64,000 bases of DNA from Candidatus Woesebacteria bacterium GW2011_GWF1_31_35 (GTDB taxonomy: Bacteria > Patescibacteriota > Microgenomatia > UBA8517): contig CP011214.1 in assembly GCA_001029755.1 (NCBI GenBank), positions 365,767 through 429,766 on the forward strand, read 5' to 3'. Under the pieces are notes generated by a model that ran no database searches, had not been told where the DNA came from, and worked only from the letters and a program-made list of their open reading frames with translations. Below, one piece after another: positions 58,753 to 64,000 of the stretch. The translations under genes and the position numbers were made by a program. Position 1 is the stretch's first letter; each line of letters begins with the position of its first letter.

Positions 58753-60435
58753 ATGAAGGAAGAAATATTAAATACATTAAAAGAAATAACTAAAGAAGAG
58801 ATTATTCAGATAGATATTCCAGAAAATACTTTATTTGGAGATTATAGCTCAAATATAGCCATGATTATGGCAAAGAAAGAAGGTAAAAATCCTTACACTT
58901 TGGCTGAAGAAATTGTAGCTAAATTACAAGGTAAGAAAAATATTAAATTAATTTTTGAAAAAATAGAAGTTGCAGGGGCTGGATTTATTAATTTTTACAT
59001 TGCAAAGGATATTTTACTTAATAATTTAAAGAAAGTTGATGAGAAATATGGTAATTCTGATTTAAACAAGGGAAAAATAACAATAGTTGAGTATTCTTCT
59101 CCAAATATTGCTAAACCGTTTACAATTGGCCATTTAAGATCAACCATTATTGGAGACGCAGTTGCTAATTTACTTGAAGCTTCGGGTTGGAAAGTATTTA
59201 GAGATAACCATTTGGGGGATTGGGGAACGCAGTTTGGAAAAATGATTTATGCAATTAAAACTTGGGGTAATGAGGGAAAAATTAGCAAATTGGATAATCC
59301 TGTCAAAGAATTAGTTACTCTATATGTCAAGTTCCATGAAGAGGCTGAAAAAAATATAAATTTAGAAGATGAAGGTCGGAAATGGTTTAAAAAACTAGAA
59401 GAGGCAGACCCAGAAGCCAAAAGAATATGGAAAAGATGTATAGATTGGAGTTTTGTTGAGTTTGATAGAATTTATAAGAGCCTAAATGTCTCTTTTAGTA
59501 AAGAATTTGAAAATGGAAGAGGATTGGGTGAATCTTTCTTTGTAAATAGAATGAGTGGGGTAATTTCAGAATTAGAAGAGAGAAAACTACTTAAAATTGG
59601 TAAAGAAGGAGCAAAATTAGTTTTCTTTGAGAAGGATAAATATCCTCCTGCAATGATTATTAAAAAAGATGGAACAACTTTATATCACACTAGGGATTTG
59701 GCAACAGATAAATACAGGCTCGAAAAATATAATCCTGATCTAATAATTAATGAAGTAGGTTCAGAACAAACACTTTACTTTAGACAGCTTTTTGAGATGG
59801 AAAAACTACTGGGTTGGTTTAAAGAGGGACAAAGAATTCATCTAGGACATGGTCTTTACCGTTTCAAAGAAGGAAAAATGTCTACAAGAAAAGGAAATGT
59901 TATTTGGATGGAGGATGTTTTAAAAGAAGCGATTGAAAAAGCTACAAAATTAGGGTCAAAAGGTAAAATTTCTAAAATTGTGGCGATAGGAGCTTTAAAA
60001 TATAATGATTTAAAAAGAGATCCAAAAACAGAAATTGTTTTTGATTGGAATGAAATTCTAAATATGAATGGTAATTCTGGACCATATCTTCAATATACCT
60101 TCGCAAGAACCCGAAGCGTACTTTTCAAAAGTAAAAGTATTAATAAAGTTTATGATGCAGTTAATATAAACAGTGAAGAAGAGGCAATTCTTCGTGCAAT
60201 TGTTCATTTTCCTGAGGTTATTTTAATCTCTTCTTCAAATTATGCACCAAATTTACTTTGCAATTATTTATTTGAATTAGCTTCGAAATTTAATACTTTT
60301 TATAATAAACATTCAATTTTAACTAATGAAAATGAATCCGTAACTTCCTTTAGATTGAATTTAACTAAATCAGTAGGACAAATTATTAAAAATGGACTTA
60401 ATATACTAGGCATTGAGGCTCCAGAACGAATGTAA
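58753..60435 (+). CDS. argS: Arginine--tRNA ligase
   Basis: VEYSSPNIAKP, HLGDWGTQFG, KMSTRKG and terminal PERM. Confidence 0.97.
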   Translation: MKEEILNTLKEITKEEIIQIDIPENTLFGDYSSNIAMIMAKKEGKNPYTLAEEIVAKLQGKKNIKLIFEKIEVAGAGFINFYIAKDILLNNLKKVDEKYGNSDLNKGKITIVEYSSPNIAKPFTIGHLRSTIIGDAVANLLEASGWKVFRDNHLGDWGTQFGKMIYAIKTWGNEGKISKLDNPVKELVTLYVKFHEEAEKNINLEDEGRKWFKKLEEADPEAKRIWKRCIDWSFVEFDRIYKSLNVSFSKEFENGRGLGESFFVNRMSGVISELEERKLLKIGKEGAKLVFFEKDKYPPAMIIKKDGTTLYHTRDLATDKYRLEKYNPDLIINEVGSEQTLYFRQLFEMEKLLGWFKEGQRIHLGHGLYRFKEGKMSTRKGNVIWMEDVLKEAIEKATKLGSKGKISKIVAIGALKYNDLKRDPKTEIVFDWNEILNMNGNSGPYLQYTFARTRSVLFKSKSINKVYDAVNINSEEEAILRAIVHFPEVILISSSNYAPNLLCNYLFELASKFNTFYNKHSILTNENESVTSFRLNLTKSVGQIIKNGLNILGIEAPERM

Positions 60436-60443
60436 GAGTATTT

Positions 60444-60986
60444 TTATAAAATTGGTTTATTTTCAGATTCATCAAGTTGTTCTTTAAGTTTTCTTTCAAT
60501 ATAACCAGCATCTATTTCACTTGTCATTTCATTTAAATCTTTATCATCTTTTAAATTCTTTTGATCTCTCAATATTTGTTTCAAAAGATTTAAGATTTTT
60601 GTTATCTCTCGTTCAGATATAAGTTCAACTTGAAGTCCTAATTCATTTCTTAATATATCTCTTTGGCCTTCTCTGTTTTGACTCATCAAAACTATAATAG
60701 TAAGAAAAATAGCTTCAATAGATACAAAAGAATTCATAAAAGAGTAAGGGTAGGGATCAACTATTGGAAATCCTGGAATTTTACCTGAATTTGCATACAT
60801 CCAAAATCCATACACAATAATATTAATAATAAAAAAACTCATAGTACCAAAATAGGAGGTTAATAAATCCGCGATTTTAATAGGTAATGGCCTTTTTTTA
60901 AGATATTCTGCTTCGAAACTTTTGATAATATGTTGTGATTTGTGACGGTGGTTAATGGACATAAATTTATTATATACTACTAGCAA
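60444..60986 (-). CDS. DUF1003 membrane protein
   Basis: DPYPY...SIEAIFLTIIVLMSQNR. Confidence 0.88.
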   Translation of the reverse strand: MLVVYNKFMSINHRHKSQHIIKSFEAEYLKKRPLPIKIADLLTSYFGTMSFFIINIIVYGFWMYANSGKIPGFPIVDPYPYSFMNSFVSIEAIFLTIIVLMSQNREGQRDILRNELGLQVELISEREITKILNLLKQILRDQKNLKDDKDLNEMTSEIDAGYIERKLKEQLDESENKPIL

Positions 60987-62266
60987 TGGATTATAAATTA
61001 AAAAGGCTTGAAAATGGACTTCGGGTTTTAACAGTTTCCATGCCTTCTTTAGAATCAGCGACTTTAACTGTTTGGGTTAAAGTAGGATCAAGAAATGAAG
61101 AGAAAAAAATAAATGGAATAAGTCATTTTTTAGAACATATGGCTTTTAAGGGAAGCAAAAAAAGACCAAGTGCAAAAAAAATATCAGAAGTAATTGATTC
61201 AATAGGTGGAGAATTTAATGCTGCTACATCTAAAGACTGGACAAATTTTTATGTTAAGGCAAGAGCTTCTAAATTAGAAGTTTCCTATGACGTTCTATCA
61301 GATATGATAATTAATCCAATACTAGATTCTAGTGAGATAGAGAGAGAAAAAGGAACAATTATTGAGGAATTAAGAATGTATGAAGATACACCAATGATTA
61401 AAATAGGGGATGTTTTTGAAAGCTTAATTTTTAAAGGCAACTCACTAGGTTGGGAAATAGGTGGAGAAGAAAAAACAGTTAGAAATATTAAAAGAGATGA
61501 CTTTGTAAGATATAGAAAATCACATTATATTACAGATAATATCATCTTAACTGTTGCTGGTGGTGTCACAGATCAAAAAGCATTTGAATTGAGTAATAAA
61601 TATTTCTCTACTTTAGAAAAAAATATATCAAAAAAATCCCTTGAGATAGATCAATTCAAAGTTATCCAAAACAAACCTCAGATAAAACTTTATTCAAAGA
61701 AAAAGGAACAAGCCCATTTTATTATGGGGTTTTTAGGGGATGGAAGAGGGTATAAAAATAGGTTTGCACAAGGAGTTCTTTCTGCAATTTTAGGCGGGGG
61801 AATGAGCAGTAGATTATTTATCGAGGTTAGAGAAAGAAGAGGTCTTGCCTATGCTGTTAGAACTTCAATCGATAGATATCTTGAAACTGGTTATATTGGA
61901 ACTTATGTTGGAGCTGATATAACAAAGGCTGATGAAGCTGTAAAAGTAGTACTTGATGAACATTATAAACTAACAAAACCAAACAGTGTTTCTTTTGAAA
62001 AGGAAGTTATTAAGGCTAAAGAGTATCTTAAGGGTCATTTAGCGCTAGCCTTAGAAGATACTAGAGATGTAGGTAGTTTTTTTGGTGAACAGGAACTATT
62101 TTTAAAAGAAATAAAAACTCCTGAGGAAATTTTTAAATTAATCGATAAAGTAACACCCGAAGATTGTATATATGAAGCTAAAAGATTGTTTGTCCCAGAA
62201 CATCTCAATCTTGCCATAATTGGACCTTACAAAAATGATGAAAAGTTTGCTAAAATATTAAAATAA
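60986..62266 (+). CDS. M16 family zinc peptidase
   Basis: HFLEH inverted zinc motif and SSRLFIEVRERRGLAY. Confidence 0.93.
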   Translation: MDYKLKRLENGLRVLTVSMPSLESATLTVWVKVGSRNEEKKINGISHFLEHMAFKGSKKRPSAKKISEVIDSIGGEFNAATSKDWTNFYVKARASKLEVSYDVLSDMIINPILDSSEIEREKGTIIEELRMYEDTPMIKIGDVFESLIFKGNSLGWEIGGEEKTVRNIKRDDFVRYRKSHYITDNIILTVAGGVTDQKAFELSNKYFSTLEKNISKKSLEIDQFKVIQNKPQIKLYSKKKEQAHFIMGFLGDGRGYKNRFAQGVLSAILGGGMSSRLFIEVRERRGLAYAVRTSIDRYLETGYIGTYVGADITKADEAVKVVLDEHYKLTKPNSVSFEKEVIKAKEYLKGHLALALEDTRDVGSFFGEQELFLKEIKTPEEIFKLIDKVTPEDCIYEAKRLFVPEHLNLAIIGPYKNDEKFAKILK

Positions 62267-62274
62267 ATTTAAAC

Positions 62275-62745
62275 ATGATGGAAAAAACTGTAGTTTTAAT
62301 TAAACCAGATGGACTTCAAAGAGGTCTTGTGGGGGAAATAATGCATAGGTTTGAAAGAAAAGGATTAAAGCTTGTTGGAATTAAAATGATTAGATTAACT
62401 GATCAAATTTTAGATGATTGGTATTCACATCATAAAGATAAAGCTTTCTTTAAAGACTTAAAAAGTTTTATGGAATGGACTCCGGTTGTTGCCATGTTAT
62501 GGCAAGGACTTGATGCAATTTCTGCCGTAAGAAAAGTTGTTGGAATTACCAAGGCAAGAGAGGCAGAAGCAGGCTCAATTAGAGGGGATTTTGGTATGAG
62601 TGGATCACAAAACATTATTCATGCATCGGATTCGATGGAATCAGCAGAGAAAGAATTAGGACTTATATTTAATGGAGATGAAATTTTTGATTATAATAGT
62701 TCAATGGATCTTCTAATCTATTCTAAAGATGAAGTTGTAAGTTGA
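62275..62745 (+). CDS. ndk: Nucleoside diphosphate kinase
   Basis: IKPDG, GSIRGDF and NIIHASD. Confidence 0.96.
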   Translation: MMEKTVVLIKPDGLQRGLVGEIMHRFERKGLKLVGIKMIRLTDQILDDWYSHHKDKAFFKDLKSFMEWTPVVAMLWQGLDAISAVRKVVGITKAREAEAGSIRGDFGMSGSQNIIHASDSMESAEKELGLIFNGDEIFDYNSSMDLLIYSKDEVVS

Positions 62746-62865
62746 TTACTCACATTAAGTCTGCGTATGAAGTGATTCTGAAGGTAGAACAATTAAAAAT
62801 ATATAATTACTGACTTCATTTGACATGTATATTAAGTTCTTGTATAATATACAATATCGTATACT

Positions 62866-63396
62866 ATGAACAAACTCATACCATTATTAAAATCAAAACA
62901 AGTCTTATTCCATACCCAAGATATAGCTTTGTTGTGGGGAATTAAAAATAGGCAAACTCTAAGAATGACAATTTCCCGTTATGTTAAGAAAGGAATCTTA
63001 AAAAGTGTTACAAGAGGATTATATTCAACAATTTCGGTTGAAGATTTAAATAAATATCAACTAGGAGCTTCACTAATTCATAGATTTAGTTATTTAAGTT
63101 GCGAATCAATTTTGGAACAAAATGGGGTTATTAATCAAAAAATATATACTCTGACTTATGTTTCTTCAATTTCGCAAAAAAGGGAACTAAATAATAGGTT
63201 ATTTGTATTTAGGCAGATGAATCCTCAATTTTTACTAAATCTGGAAGGAATTAGTTTTAAAGATGGAGTATATAAAGCAAGTTTGGAAAGAGCAGTTGCT
63301 GACTCTCAATATTTTAAATTGAATGTTTTTTTTGATAGCCCAGACCTGATAAACTGGGTTAGAGTGAATGAAATTAAAAAAACGGTAGGTTATTAA
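62866..63396 (+). CDS. AbiEi-like type IV antitoxin
   Basis: N-terminal wHTH (RGLY), SYLSCES and ASLERAVAD; sits directly before AbiEii. Confidence 0.8.
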   Translation: MNKLIPLLKSKQVLFHTQDIALLWGIKNRQTLRMTISRYVKKGILKSVTRGLYSTISVEDLNKYQLGASLIHRFSYLSCESILEQNGVINQKIYTLTYVSSISQKRELNNRLFVFRQMNPQFLLNLEGISFKDGVYKASLERAVADSQYFKLNVFFDSPDLINWVRVNEIKKTVGY

Positions 63397-63398
63397 AT

Positions 63399-64000
63399 AT
63401 GATATTAATTAAACAGGCTGATATTTTGCACAAGTTTGAACTTCAAAAATTATTGATAGCAATAATTGATGACCAATTCATATCGCAAAATGTATATTTT
63501 AAAGGAGGTACTTGTGCCGAAATGTCAGGCTTTTTGGATAGATTTTCAATTGATCTAGATTTTGATATAAGAAAAGATATAGATAAAAGAATATTTAGAT
63601 TACATATAGATAAAATTGTTACTGAATTAGATTTGACTGACCAAAACAAAAATATCAAATCGCTTTTTTTTAACTTTAAATATAGAGCTCCAGAAAATCA
63701 CAGAAATACACTTAAATTGAGTTTCTATGATGATGCTGCAGTTTCAAATAGTTATGAAACACGATTTTTATCTGAGATTGATAGAGCAGTAGAATGTCAA
63801 ACCATTGAAACAATGTTTGCAAATAAACTTGTGGCGCCCATTGATAGACATAACAGGCATAACAAAGTTGTTGGCAGGGATATTTATGATATTCATTATT
63901 TTTTTTCACAAGGATATAAATTTAAGCAAGAAATAATTGAAGAAAGAACCGGTTTAGAGACGGGGGAATATATTAAAAGTTTAATAGTATTTATTGATGA
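63399..64000 (+). CDS. AbiEii-like nucleotidyltransferase toxin (partial)
   Basis: Not in the ORF track. ATG 63399 gives ...YFKGGT...RFSIDLDF...ANKLVA...GRDIYD. Confidence 0.85.
   Translation, partial: MILIKQADILHKFELQKLLIAIIDDQFISQNVYFKGGTCAEMSGFLDRFSIDLDFDIRKDIDKRIFRLHIDKIVTELDLTDQNKNIKSLFFNFKYRAPENHRNTLKLSFYDDAAVSNSYETRFLSEIDRAVECQTIETMFANKLVAPIDRHNRHNKVVGRDIYDIHYFFSQGYKFKQEIIEERTGLETGEYIKSLIVFID

Overview
AT-rich bacterial chromosome segment (standard code 11) whose gene content points to Patescibacteria/CPR, probably a Microgenomates lineage; that assignment is inference from protein families and rRNA features. 1-3.7 kb is the right end of an integrated element: an HEXXH metallopeptidase, a duplicated hairpin+TATGCTTGAC origin-like motif, an HUH rolling-circle Rep and a large serine recombinase whose last codons are the antisense of tRNA-Gln. 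Next come a decayed HTH/LAGLIDADG-like gene and tRNA-Lys/Glu. The Gln, Lys and Glu tRNAs all carry C55 instead of U55. 9.6-21 kb is one rRNA operon (16S-Ile-Ala-23S-5S) with nine group I introns; six encode LAGLIDADG endonucleases, two appear to end in A instead of omega-G, and one sits in the sarcin-ricin loop. The remainder holds housekeeping genes (S1, radA, rho, leuS, argS, ndk, comEA/split comEC), a candidate structured ncRNA, a sortase with putative substrates, a cohesin/dockerin/GH79 cluster, a 1892-aa fibre-like membrane protein with two integrase-type SAM domains, a WxL-like cluster and accessory ATPase/Fic/AbiE genes. All calls were made by eye, without database searches.
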